DNA of 39,269 nt, taken from the IMG/VR virus record IMGVR_UViG_3300045988_084518, one strand, 5' to 3'. The notes beneath the pieces are model-generated. The model had not been told where the DNA came from. It worked only from the letters and a program-made list of their open reading frames with translations, and made no database searches. Of the stretch, positions 1-9,368 are shown in pieces. Each line of letters begins with the position of its first letter. Position 1 is the first letter of the stretch. A program made the position numbers and the translations under genes. This DNA comes from a virus.

Positions 1-25
1 GGTTCGAATCCCTTCGGGTCCACCA
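1..25 (+). tRNA. 3'-terminal 25 nt of a host tRNA- or tmRNA-like gene (5' part lies outside the window)
   Basis: GG-TTCGAAT-CCCTT reads as T-stem/T-loop, CGGGTCC as the acceptor 3' strand, A as discriminator, followed by an encoded CCA. Isotype cannot be determined from this fragment. Confidence 0.6.
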
Positions 26-32
26 TATCACA

Positions 33-55
33 AACCAGCAGAAATGCTGGTTTTT
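33..55 (+). terminator. Intrinsic terminator of the target RNA gene
   Basis: Hairpin CCAGCA-GAAA-TGCTGG (35-50) followed by TTTTT (51-55). Confidence 0.65.
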
Positions 56-130
56 CCTTTATTCATGCGGGTTTTCAGCATTTTTATTATTTGCAAATCT
101 TGCTGTTTCTTGCGGTATTTTTGCGTATAT

Positions 131-150
131 GTGGCACAGTAATGGCACAG
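131..150 (+). repeat. Tandem GTGGCACAG-TA-ATGGCACAG, 11-bp period: putative integrase arm-type sites (left arm)
   Basis: The same 9-mer pair with the same 11-bp period recurs at 39157-39176 near the other prophage end, in the same orientation. Confidence 0.5.
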
Positions 151-182
151 TAAAATACCCCCTCCGTAACTGGAGGGGGTAT
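150..182 (-). terminator. Intrinsic terminator of the late operon
   Basis: 11-bp perfect stem ATACCCCCTCC / GGAGGGGGTAT (155-182) with a 6-nt loop. On the minus strand it is followed by ATTTTA. It lies 5 nt after the stop of the giant gene. Confidence 0.6.
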
Positions 183-186
183 CTCT

Positions 187-3100
187 TTACCACACCTTCT
201 CTGACACTTCGAGTGCCTCGTACAAAAGGTGCTTTTGCTTTGTGCTTGCGCCTGGAACGGCCTTATCGATAGCGGCCTTCTTTTTGCGGCTGGAGGACAG
301 TTGGATTGTCTTCCCATCGCCGTCTTTGTCGCCTGTGATCCCACGGGCTGCGAAGTATGCGGCGTAGTATTGGTCGTAGGTAACGCCCTGTGCGACATAC
401 TCGGCTGCCTTTTCTCCGACATCCTTGTTGTATGTCTTTAGTGCGTACTCTGCACCGAACGCCTTGCGGTTTGCTTCGCGCTTAACAACATCGCTGTCTG
501 CACTTCCGATGCTCTTTGCGGTTTCCTCGTAGGTGCCAACGGTCAACAGGGCTTTTCTATAAATCTCGTTACGCAGCTCCAGCAGGTCACGAGCCTCGCT
601 CATCTTCTCCTTGCGGGTCTTTTCGCCGCTGTTGTAGATTTCCTTGAGCTGCTTCGTGATTTCGGATGCAGCCTTGCTCTGCTTATACAGGTAGGAGTAG
701 GTTGCATCATCGGCTGCTGTCGCAAACTCGGTCTCCTTTACCTGCTTGGCTTCGTCCAGCGCATCATAGAAGTCGCTGCCGAGCCGGTTCTGCCGGACGC
801 TATCAACGACAAACGCCTTTACCACCGCAGGGACATCAGCTTTCTTGGAAAGCGCCGGAAGCAACCAGTCGCCAATAAAGCCGGAATACTGGTCGATCAG
901 GTAATTGACCTTCTTCGGAGAAAGCCCTTCGATGCCGTTCTTCCCGTGTCGTGTAATCTCACCGAGCCAAATGGAGAACGCATCGGTGCTTTCATCGTAC
1001 TGCAGATAATCCGGTTTTTCCTCCATGTAACTGGATACGATGTCGCCGCCGTACCAGTTCTTGTTGGTCCTCATCGCATCAAACCCTGCAAAGATGTTAT
1101 TGGTCCGCGGGTTGTTCGGGGCAAGCTGTTCGATAGCGAAAGACGGATAACCGGCAAACGCGCTGCTTGCAGGTTCCCCTTTCAGCCAGCGCCACATCCG
1201 ATTGGTGAACGCCGTAATAACGGAAGGTTCACGGCCCATCGGAACCTTGATAAACTTATTGTCGCCGATTTTGATGAGGATGTTGCTGTCCTTGATGTAG
1301 TTGGAAAGCTCCTTGTAGTCATCGTCCTCTTTCAGCCCGTCATAAAGCAGACCCATAATGATACCGGGTGCCACGCCGTTGATAAGCAAGCGTGAGATCA
1401 GTTGTCCAATCTCTTTCCAGCCGCGCCGGTCAATGACATTGCGAATGTTCTTGGAAAGGCCCTGCATACCGGGGTTGAAGAAAGGCACAAGGGAAGCGTT
1501 CAGCTTGCGGGCAGCGAAGCCGCCACGCCCGAAGTTCGTTGTGATGTCTGCTGCATTATAGAGCGCCTGCTGCACATCGCCTGTGTCCTCCATCGTGCTG
1601 ATAAATTCAGCAAGTCGGGGGTACTGCTCGACCGCTTCATTGGCAAAGGAGAGGATGTCGATTACTCTATTCAACCCACCAGCCACTTTATCGACTGCAC
1701 CGTTTTTGAAATGGTAGCGGTCGGAAAGCCCCGACTTTGGGTCATAATAGGTAGTTCCTTTTCCGCCCATCGCCTGATAGAGCTGCCAATACTTCCCGTT
1801 CGTTGCGATTTCCTTTACGGCCTTGCCGTAGTTCTTAATGAATGTGGCATTGCTGTAATGGGTAAAGTACAATGCAGACTGTGCATCACGGACAAAATTT
1901 CGCACGATGAATACAGGGTTCCATTGCGTGACCAGCTTCTTGAATGTGCTGTTGATGGAGCGCAATGCTTTCATTCCAAAGGAATTGGATTGCTCAATGG
2001 GTCTAAACCCATCGGCCATTGCTTCACTCATGTGCAGAGTAACCGGTTTGCCATCCACCCAAATGCGCAGCGTGTTCTTGAGGTTCTCTGCGGAATCCGC
2101 ATCAAGGTCAACGAGATCGCCTTCCTCTGTAACACTCTGAATGTATTCCGAGATATCACGGGTAGTATCCATTGCATCTTCATACAGCATATTGCCCAGA
2201 ATGTTCTTTTTGGCTGCGGAGAAGGTCTGCAAGGTCTGCCTGGCAATACTGTCGATCAGCGGCATGATATCCTGGTTGCCACCTTTTGCGGACTTGATGG
2301 TGCTGTTCACCGCAACGATGTTGGGGTTGGAGTAGCCGCCGGAGGTGCTGGGCATATCGCGGTAGGTGGGAACATAGTGCGGATACAGTTCCTTCATGTA
2401 CTGTGCCATATCGGCGCTCACGAGTCCTCCCTGCTTTCGCACCTCCATCAATCCGTCAAGGTAGGCATACACATCCTTTGCCCACTTTTCAAATTCAGGG
2501 TGTGCATCCAGCAGGTCAGCTGCGGCGGCACGGCTATCGTCTGCGGTCACGCTGCTGCCGAACACAGGCTTGTCGAATTGCTTTTCAGCCCATGCCTGGA
2601 ACCGCTTATATTGCTTGGCGGCGGCAATCTGTGCCTCGGTGTAGGCTTTTGTAAGGGCAGTATCCTTGCCTGCGGCTGTGGAAATGTTCTCATCTGTCAT
2701 TTCCGCAAAGCCGTTGACTTCCCTGTTCAGTTTCGCCCGAAGTTCTGCAAGCTGCCGCTGCGCCTTTTCGCGTACACTCATGCGGTCTACATTGTGCTCG
2801 TGCAGCAGGTAGGTGTAAAACTCATCGGTCAAGCCAGCCTTTTTCGCCGGTTCAAATACCTGCATGAGGTTCTTATCGCCGATCTTCTTGCCGTTAAGGT
2901 CATACTGCCCTGCGCCGCCAATGGAATACTGCGCCGCCGCAGATGCCTGCCCGACATTGTTCGCTGCATACATGATTCTGCTGTCGCCGACTTCATTCCC
3001 GAATCGCTCCAGCTCATCCTTGGTATTGACTAACTGGCGCTTAATGGTGCGCCAGTCTTTGGCGACTTGCGCCTTAAAGGTTTCCTTGTCCTTCTTCGGC

Positions 3101-6100
3101 ATTTCGGTCAGAACCTTGGCAACATCTTCCGTAGTGGTGGATTTCTGTTCCGCCGTCCTCAATCTGGCTTTGCTCTTTGCCCGATCCTCCCGCACCACTC
3201 GGTCAATGCGGTCCTGCGTCCTCCGCCGGTTGAATTCGTCCTTTGCTTCGGACAGCTTTTCGTTGTACTTGTCCCGCATCTGCCGATTGTTCGCACGGAG
3301 GTCGGCACGGTATTGCTTGGCAAGTGCATCATATTTCGCCATGAATTCTGCACGGGCCTTTGCTGCCTTCTCTCGCTCTTTAGCCGCTGCTATTTCGGTG
3401 ATGAGTTTCGTCTCTGCATCACGCCAGCGGTCATTCATCTTCGCTTCCGCAGTTGCCTGCTGGCGATAGTCAGCAAGCTGCTGACGGATGTTCTTCACCT
3501 CGGCTTGTGCAGCCTTCAGCTCATCGTTTGCTTTCTCGGTTGCTTCGGAAACAACCCTGTCGATGTCGGCCATGTACTGGGCATCTTCCATGAGGGAGTA
3601 GCGGATGTCTTTGCTTTCTGTCGGAGCGGTATTGTCAATGTTCTTAAATTGACTACTGCCAAACGCCACATACACGTTGGCATTATCATATTTGCCCTCT
3701 ACAATGTATCCGTCATAACCAAGCGTGTTTCGAGCCGCTTCAAGAACGGTTCCGGAACCTGCTCCGCCGTTTGCAATCTCCGCAAGGATTTCGCTATCAC
3801 TATCGCTATATTCCATAGCTGCCTTTACGGTAGCATCCAGCGCACGGTTATACCATGCTTTTGAAGGGTACCCAATACCGCCGGCAGGGTCGTAATTCAC
3901 AAGCACTTCATCACCGGTCGGGTCAACAGCCTGTAAAAGTTTTTTTACTTCTGCCCTTGTCAGCGTAATCTCGCTATCGCTCAACGGCTTTTTGATATCA
4001 AGATACCCCTCAAGGAGTTGTCCGCCGTCCTTTTGGTAGCCCTCTGCCACCGGCTTGTAGTCAGTGAAATAGAAACCTTGCCCCTCGGAGCTGCCATGCT
4101 GGGACATGAAATCGGGGGAAAACTCGGTAAACACCGCCGGACTGCCATGATATACAGGTTTCAACCTGCCCTCTGCGTCAACGACTTTGGAGCCGAAGAA
4201 ATACTCCCGCTGCCCCGCAGAAAGCTCTCTGCCGGTGCTGTCGGTCGTCGGCATTTCCATAAGGGAAAGCTTTTCCTGTGCATTTTTTGCACCGGTTTGC
4301 ATAGAATGGGTATTGACAACATCAGTGTCTTGTGGTACATTGATGGTGTCGAAGTCAACCGCTGTGTTCCGCTCGGGCAATTGGAGCCCGATTCGATGAA
4401 GCAGCCGGTTGGCTTCTTTTTTGCTGTAGCCAAGCAAATTTCCCCGGAGCATTTGATCTGCAAGAAAGTCCCTGCTGTTTTCTTTTCCATACAGACTTGC
4501 CACTCTTGTTACAATATCAAAGCCATTGCTCCGGCTCAAGTGAAGCGCCACAACAACAGGGTTTCCATCGGAATCCGCTGTAGAGGTAACGATGACTGCT
4601 GCATTGGGGACAGTGCCCGATTTCAACAGAAGCACCGGCTTGTCCAGCATTTCCGGAAGTTTCAGCAAAACATTATCGGAAAGGCTGTGCCCATGGGTGT
4701 CAATCGTAGACTTCCTTTGGGCCTTTTCTACTACAGCCTGCATCATTACAATAGGCTCTTTCTTCATGCCGGCTGCCTGCAGATATTCCGATGTGTCATT
4801 GAGATAAAACAAGTCTCCACGCTTAAACCGGCCGGCTTTGTAGTCGGCAAACTGTTCCGCAAACGGGCGGTTGTTTTTCTCCACCGCCTCCTTCATCAGC
4901 GAATAAGATATCTTCCCCGCTTCTTCCGCCTCCGTTCTCCCCTCCATCCCATCAAGCAAAGCCTTCTGCGATTCGGACAGCCTGTTGTAGGCTTCCTGCG
5001 CAGAGGGCTTTCCTTTTAGCTTTTTGAGGATACGGTTCAAAAAACCTTTAATGCCGGTGGCCGCTTCCGTATTTCTTGCGCCTATGTACTCCAGCATATC
5101 CCGGCTGCCCAAAAGATCACCGCTGATATCGGCAGCGACTTCCTCCGCAGCTGCATCCGGGTCAAGCTCAATTCCATTGCGCTCGTACAGTTCGGTTTTG
5201 GCATTCATCATGCCCTTTACCATATCGGCATAGTCGGGGTTCTCTACCAGCGTATCAATCATCCCGGAATACTTGCTATCAGCTACAAGGTCGTGAAACA
5301 TCTCATGCCCGAAAGTAACCATCAGCGGATCGCGGGAATTGATGTTGACATAAATGGTGCCATCCGGTGCGCGATAGCCATTGGTCAGTCGGTACTGCCC
5401 ATTGACCTGCACCGCGCCCTCAAACCACACGATAGTCTTGCCAAGGTATTTCGCTGCATTGTTCACCTCGGCAACAGCTTTCTTTTTACTGCCGAGAATT
5501 TCAGCTTTCTTATAGCCGATCTCGGTATTGCCGCGCACATCGGTATTGGTGATCTCCTTGATACGGCGCTTGCCGTCTACATCGGTAATGGTGTTTTGCT
5601 CAACGGAAAGCCAGCGTTCACGGCTTTCCTGCTCAAGTACATCGGCTTCCGCTTCCGCTTTGGCTTCTAGTTCGGCAGTCGCCCTTTCTGCCGCTTCGGT
5701 CATGCGCTCCGTGTACTCCGCTTCGGATACGACCTGTCTGCCGGTCTCGCCCAGCTTCTTGGTCGTTACCTCGATGGCAGCAACATCCGCAGCAGGGTTT
5801 CCTGTGTACTCGATCCCTGCCAGCTTCGCAAAGGACTCTCTCGCAGCAGGGTCGTTGTAAACCTTCTGCGCTACGCTTTGGTTTGCAGGAGCGCCTTGAA
5901 TTGCGCTGTTGTAGGCGACTTCACCTGTATTGGCAGGATTATCTACCATCTGCACGAAAGCTTGCCCTACGCTATCCTGCGCTGTTTTAACAGCAGATTC
6001 CTCCTGCTTACTGAAAACCTCGGCCATAACCGATTCGGGAGTGGGTTTTACCCCCAATGTTTCCGCAGCTTGGACGATGGCGTTGGCGTTGTTCATCATC

Positions 6101-7560
6101 GCCTTCAGCTCTCGAATGGAAAGCTGTGTGATATCCCCTTGGATTTTGGAGAGGCCGCTTTCCGCATCGAAGGACTGGTTTGCTTCGAAAAGTCTGCCGA
6201 GCATCTGGGGGGTGGGCTTCTTCTGCGCTTCCGCTGCATAGATGGCAGGGGCTGTGCCTTCACCCTTGCCCAAGCCTTCCTCTATCTGCTGCTGGACTGC
6301 AGCGGGGGATTTCTTAAGGGTCTTGCCCAAGCGGTTATAGTTGACGGCTCGTGTCGCTGCGTTTGCACCGCCCAAAACACCGCCTGCGAGAGCGCCGAGG
6401 AGCATATCGTACCAGATGTTGTCCATCTCGTCACTTTCGCCCGTGAGCGCTTTCTCGATGGCATAGTTAACGACATCTTCGGCACCTTCCTCCAAGCCTT
6501 CCTCAAGGGGGACGCGCAGCAATTCGCCGCCGGTAGAAGTAGCCAATGCATAAATACCGGGGGCTTCGGACATCAGCTTTTTGGTTGCGGCTTGCCCCAG
6601 CTTTGTGCCGCCGAGTCTTCCGAACACACCGCCGATCTGCTCTGTGGTGTATGTTGCGGCTCCTGCGCCAAGACCGAGTGCAAATGCGAGATCGCCGTTG
6701 CCGTACTTCTCGTATGCGTCTGCATACTTGTGGCCGAGGGAGGATACCGACATCAGCAAAAGACCTGCCGCTGGTGATTTGGTAATTGCGGTCACAGCCG
6801 CAGGGATCGCCATGCCTGCAAGCGTTCCGGCAGTATCAAGGCCGAGACCTTCGAGAGTGCCTACACTCGCCCTGTCCTTTTCCCGCTTCAGCTCGGCAAC
6901 AGTCTTGTAATCTGTTATCGGCGCAGCGTCTTTCTTGACCACCCCGGAAGCCTCAAGCGCCTCCTTCGGGGAAACGCCCTTGTCCATAAGGTTCTTTGCG
7001 CTGGTTGCGGCTTGCCGATATGCCGCTTCGCCATCGCCCAGGTAGTGAGAGAGAACCCCTGCGCCCTGCATGAACGACTGGCCAAAGTCCTGCAACGAGG
7101 CCAATGTAGCAGTACCGGCCTTAAACTTGTTTTTGCTTGGGTCGTAGTCCTCGGTCGCTTCGATGTTCTTCTGTGTCTTATACTTGGTTTCCGCATTGAC
7201 GGAGTCGGTGTAGATACGGCTTGCAATGCCGAGCTGCTCTGCTTCCTCCTGCTTCATCCCGGCACGATGGTATGCCCCGGCCTTGATAAGGGCATCGTCA
7301 CGCTGCTTCTTCAGCGTATCGACATTCTGTTTCATGGTTTCGCTCTGCTTACGAGAAGAAGCCCCGGCAGGCGCAGCCTGTGCAGGCTGCGTGCCGGGAG
7401 AAAGAACAGTATGCTTAATCTCCTGCGAGCGGTATGGGGCCATTAAGTTTTCCATGTCGCTTGCGGAAACCTTTTTCGGGGAGCTGCCATCGCTGCGTGC
7501 GGTATTGTTGGAGTTTCCGTACATTAGGCCCTGCATTTCTTCGGCTGTTACCTTCCCCAT
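187..7560 (-). CDS. Giant (2457 aa) multi-domain virion-type 'polyvalent' protein: hydrophobic Gly/Ala segments + HExxH metallopeptidase + MuF-C-like segment + ART-like segment + coiled coil + ~1000-aa C-terminal region
   Basis: The ORF is uninterrupted over 7.4 kb. Start placed at ATG 7560 (AAGGAGG 5 nt upstream); the track start at 7644 has no SD. TFGHEMFHD is encoded at about nt 5290-5316. VYHGS...GQGFYFT...GYDGYIVEG...VAFGSSQFKN is encoded at about nt 3630-4160. A K/R/E-rich coiled coil is encoded at about nt 3050-3560. Confidence 0.7.
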   Translation of the reverse strand: MGKVTAEEMQGLMYGNSNNTARSDGSSPKKVSASDMENLMAPYRSQEIKHTVLSPGTQPAQAAPAGASSRKQSETMKQNVDTLKKQRDDALIKAGAYHRAGMKQEEAEQLGIASRIYTDSVNAETKYKTQKNIEATEDYDPSKNKFKAGTATLASLQDFGQSFMQGAGVLSHYLGDGEAAYRQAATSAKNLMDKGVSPKEALEASGVVKKDAAPITDYKTVAELKREKDRASVGTLEGLGLDTAGTLAGMAIPAAVTAITKSPAAGLLLMSVSSLGHKYADAYEKYGNGDLAFALGLGAGAATYTTEQIGGVFGRLGGTKLGQAATKKLMSEAPGIYALATSTGGELLRVPLEEGLEEGAEDVVNYAIEKALTGESDEMDNIWYDMLLGALAGGVLGGANAATRAVNYNRLGKTLKKSPAAVQQQIEEGLGKGEGTAPAIYAAEAQKKPTPQMLGRLFEANQSFDAESGLSKIQGDITQLSIRELKAMMNNANAIVQAAETLGVKPTPESVMAEVFSKQEESAVKTAQDSVGQAFVQMVDNPANTGEVAYNSAIQGAPANQSVAQKVYNDPAARESFAKLAGIEYTGNPAADVAAIEVTTKKLGETGRQVVSEAEYTERMTEAAERATAELEAKAEAEADVLEQESRERWLSVEQNTITDVDGKRRIKEITNTDVRGNTEIGYKKAEILGSKKKAVAEVNNAAKYLGKTIVWFEGAVQVNGQYRLTNGYRAPDGTIYVNINSRDPLMVTFGHEMFHDLVADSKYSGMIDTLVENPDYADMVKGMMNAKTELYERNGIELDPDAAAEEVAADISGDLLGSRDMLEYIGARNTEAATGIKGFLNRILKKLKGKPSAQEAYNRLSESQKALLDGMEGRTEAEEAGKISYSLMKEAVEKNNRPFAEQFADYKAGRFKRGDLFYLNDTSEYLQAAGMKKEPIVMMQAVVEKAQRKSTIDTHGHSLSDNVLLKLPEMLDKPVLLLKSGTVPNAAVIVTSTADSDGNPVVVALHLSRSNGFDIVTRVASLYGKENSRDFLADQMLRGNLLGYSKKEANRLLHRIGLQLPERNTAVDFDTINVPQDTDVVNTHSMQTGAKNAQEKLSLMEMPTTDSTGRELSAGQREYFFGSKVVDAEGRLKPVYHGSPAVFTEFSPDFMSQHGSSEGQGFYFTDYKPVAEGYQKDGGQLLEGYLDIKKPLSDSEITLTRAEVKKLLQAVDPTGDEVLVNYDPAGGIGYPSKAWYNRALDATVKAAMEYSDSDSEILAEIANGGAGSGTVLEAARNTLGYDGYIVEGKYDNANVYVAFGSSQFKNIDNTAPTESKDIRYSLMEDAQYMADIDRVVSEATEKANDELKAAQAEVKNIRQQLADYRQQATAEAKMNDRWRDAETKLITEIAAAKEREKAAKARAEFMAKYDALAKQYRADLRANNRQMRDKYNEKLSEAKDEFNRRRTQDRIDRVVREDRAKSKARLRTAEQKSTTTEDVAKVLTEMPKKDKETFKAQVAKDWRTIKRQLVNTKDELERFGNEVGDSRIMYAANNVGQASAAAQYSIGGAGQYDLNGKKIGDKNLMQVFEPAKKAGLTDEFYTYLLHEHNVDRMSVREKAQRQLAELRAKLNREVNGFAEMTDENISTAAGKDTALTKAYTEAQIAAAKQYKRFQAWAEKQFDKPVFGSSVTADDSRAAAADLLDAHPEFEKWAKDVYAYLDGLMEVRKQGGLVSADMAQYMKELYPHYVPTYRDMPSTSGGYSNPNIVAVNSTIKSAKGGNQDIMPLIDSIARQTLQTFSAAKKNILGNMLYEDAMDTTRDISEYIQSVTEEGDLVDLDADSAENLKNTLRIWVDGKPVTLHMSEAMADGFRPIEQSNSFGMKALRSINSTFKKLVTQWNPVFIVRNFVRDAQSALYFTHYSNATFIKNYGKAVKEIATNGKYWQLYQAMGGKGTTYYDPKSGLSDRYHFKNGAVDKVAGGLNRVIDILSFANEAVEQYPRLAEFISTMEDTGDVQQALYNAADITTNFGRGGFAARKLNASLVPFFNPGMQGLSKNIRNVIDRRGWKEIGQLISRLLINGVAPGIIMGLLYDGLKEDDDYKELSNYIKDSNILIKIGDNKFIKVPMGREPSVITAFTNRMWRWLKGEPASSAFAGYPSFAIEQLAPNNPRTNNIFAGFDAMRTNKNWYGGDIVSSYMEEKPDYLQYDESTDAFSIWLGEITRHGKNGIEGLSPKKVNYLIDQYSGFIGDWLLPALSKKADVPAVVKAFVVDSVRQNRLGSDFYDALDEAKQVKETEFATAADDATYSYLYKQSKAASEITKQLKEIYNSGEKTRKEKMSEARDLLELRNEIYRKALLTVGTYEETAKSIGSADSDVVKREANRKAFGAEYALKTYNKDVGEKAAEYVAQGVTYDQYYAAYFAARGITGDKDGDGKTIQLSSSRKKKAAIDKAVPGASTKQKHLLYEALEVSEKVW

Positions 7561-7570
7561 TTTGCCCTCC

Positions 7571-8338
7571 TTATCCATAGCGGCGGTTCCAAATGTCGGC
7601 TGCCTGCTCACTCGTGTATCCGAGTTTTGCCATTGCCTGTGCAAATGCCCTAATGTCGCCCGTGTCGGTTACCTTTGTGCCGGTTATAGTCTTAACGCCG
7701 GGGGCTTTTGCAACCCCTGCGGAGTAACTGGCCTGTGCGTTCATCTTGCCGGTCTGCGGCTCACGGTTCGCATTCAGCATATCGAGGTAGGCACGGCTCA
7801 CAGCATCGGAGTAGTCGCTGTCACCTTCGGCAAGGCTGCGGTTGTAGCGGTTGTTCAGCTTGACATAGGATGTTTCTGCAAGGCCGCCGTTGATGCCCTC
7901 ACGGGCCAGCTGCCCGGGGAGGTTCTTTAGCGCCATCTCTTTGGCAATGTACGCCCTGCGTGCATTGTCCTCCCGCTGCTGGGCCGCCTGTTTCTGCTGG
8001 GCCTCATACATCTGCTGGTTGTATGCAAGGAGCTGGTCATAGGCAGCGGTCTGTGCATCGAGCTGGGCTTTCAGCGAAGCGAGGTAGCTGTTCCGTTCGC
8101 TTGCGTCTTGGTAGGAATACGGGGTCTCGGTCGTTCTTCCGAGAGACCCTGCTGCGGTTTCAAGGAGGTTGAGCCGAGAGCTGTCGTTTCGCCAGGAATT
8201 CGCCAGGTCTTTCCCAGACAATCCGAGTACGGTTCCTGCCCCGTGCGCCCGAATAGAATTCGATACACCTTCACCAACACGGGGGTTGGGCTTGCTTCCA
8301 CCGTCATTCACCATGTTCATGTTGCTTCTATTCGCCAT
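7571..8338 (-). CDS. Hypothetical late protein (255 aa), Gln/Ala-rich coiled-coil centre; possibly virion/ejection-associated
   Basis: ATG 8338 is preceded by AAGGAGGGG and lies 1 nt after the amidase stop. The gene sits between the lysis genes and the giant gene. No recognisable motif. Confidence 0.5.
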   Translation of the reverse strand: MANRSNMNMVNDGGSKPNPRVGEGVSNSIRAHGAGTVLGLSGKDLANSWRNDSSRLNLLETAAGSLGRTTETPYSYQDASERNSYLASLKAQLDAQTAAYDQLLAYNQQMYEAQQKQAAQQREDNARRAYIAKEMALKNLPGQLAREGINGGLAETSYVKLNNRYNRSLAEGDSDYSDAVSRAYLDMLNANREPQTGKMNAQASYSAGVAKAPGVKTITGTKVTDTGDIRAFAQAMAKLGYTSEQAADIWNRRYG

Positions 8339-8339
8339 A

Positions 8340-9047
8340 TTACCCCTCCTTCGCCGCCGTATCGTACTGTTCGATGGCGGCTAAAATTCTACCACGCAAT
8401 GCCTGTGCGGATGCGTGTTCGGTTCTGTACTTCTCTTTGATTTCTTCCAGCTCGGCCAGAAGTTTGTCACAGTCGGTCTGCGGCTTTTCTTCCTCTTTGT
8501 AGGTCACGCCGAACCAGTCGCATACGCCCTTGCAAAGTGCCTCGGCAATGCGCTTTTTGTTTTGCACAATCCAAATGGCATCCTGTCCGTTGTCATGGAA
8601 TGCGATTTCGGGATAGATGGACAGCATGGGAGTTCTGCCGATCTCGTAAAACTCGTCCTTCTGATAGACCCCTCGGTGGGTGTTCCGGGGGTAAATTTCC
8701 ATCAGTCTGCGGTAGACCATCTGACAGGCCCGGTCGCTGATGCCTCCGGCTCTGCCGTAGCGCAGGACAGTCGGTCCCTGTGCAGTCCCTTCTTTCAAGG
8801 TGGCCGTGCTTGCATTGGTATGGATGGGCATATGGAGGTTGGATTTCCAAGCGATGCTTTCGGCTACTCGCTCCTGCATCGTCTTGTTGGGTGATGCGAC
8901 CATCACATCAAACCCGCAGCGGGTGAGAGCCTCGGCGCAATAAGCGCCGATCTCTACACACACATCATGCTCGTACACGCCGGGGAAGCCGTAGTACGGA
9001 GCATGGGGAGCCGGTCTGCGTTCGGGGGAAAGATACACTTTAGGCAT
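8340..9047 (-). CDS. Endolysin, N-acetylmuramoyl-L-alanine amidase (Amidase_3/MurNAc-LAA type)
   Basis: N-terminus YLSPERRPAP...YEHDVCVEIG...LHMPIHTNAS fits the Amidase_3 pattern. GGAGGTGG RBS. It overlaps the holin stop, the usual holin-lysin order. Confidence 0.8.
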   Translation of the reverse strand: MPKVYLSPERRPAPHAPYYGFPGVYEHDVCVEIGAYCAEALTRCGFDVMVASPNKTMQERVAESIAWKSNLHMPIHTNASTATLKEGTAQGPTVLRYGRAGGISDRACQMVYRRLMEIYPRNTHRGVYQKDEFYEIGRTPMLSIYPEIAFHDNGQDAIWIVQNKKRIAEALCKGVCDWFGVTYKEEEKPQTDCDKLLAELEEIKEKYRTEHASAQALRGRILAAIEQYDTAAKEG

Positions 9048-9366
9048 CTTTCACCACCTCCTCAAGAGGGAATTCCTCCTCTTTGGCCTTTTTCACCATG
9101 CCGGTCGTAGCAGCATCATAAGTGCCACCGGCAGCCAGCGCCACGATAACCGCATTGAGCAGGCACAGGATTACGCCCTGCACCGTCAGCTCGGTGCCGG
9201 TAAACGCTTCTGCGCCGACGAGGATAAGTACGGAAACGATATAGGCCAAGAGGTTAGTGTTGATGTTTCGCAGAGGGGTCTGCTTCAAAAACTGGGTGAT
9301 GATGGTGACCATCATGACTGCACCTGCGTAAGTACCGAGGGATGCCCAAGTTACAAAATCATTCAT
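9040..9366 (-). CDS. Holin (108 aa, three predicted TM helices, charged C-terminus)
   Basis: Hydrophobic stretches AGAVMMVTIITQFL, LLAYIVSVLILVGAEAF and VILCLLNAVIVALAAGG, with a KKAKEEEFPLEE tail. Lies immediately upstream of the amidase. Confidence 0.7.
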   Translation of the reverse strand: MNDFVTWASLGTYAGAVMMVTIITQFLKQTPLRNINTNLLAYIVSVLILVGAEAFTGTELTVQGVILCLLNAVIVALAAGGTYDAATTGMVKKAKEEEFPLEEVVKDA

Positions 9367-9368
9367 TG

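Larger units (their letters stand above)
1..55 (+). repeat. attL: copy 1 of the 55-bp direct repeat (att core region)
   Basis: Identical to 39215-39269 base for base. Confidence 0.9.

Noticed and set aside
87-422. 111-codon minus-strand ORF spanning the end of the giant gene and the att-proximal region
   Set aside because: It is out of frame within the giant gene, runs through the late-operon terminator, is Pro/Arg/Thr-rich and has no RBS.
187-7560. The giant gene as a tail tape measure protein
   Set aside because: It lies after the lysis cassette, not between chaperone and distal-tail genes, and no tube or chaperone genes are present. It contains enzymatic motifs, and its length would imply an implausibly long tail. 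An ejection/polyvalent protein reading is preferred.
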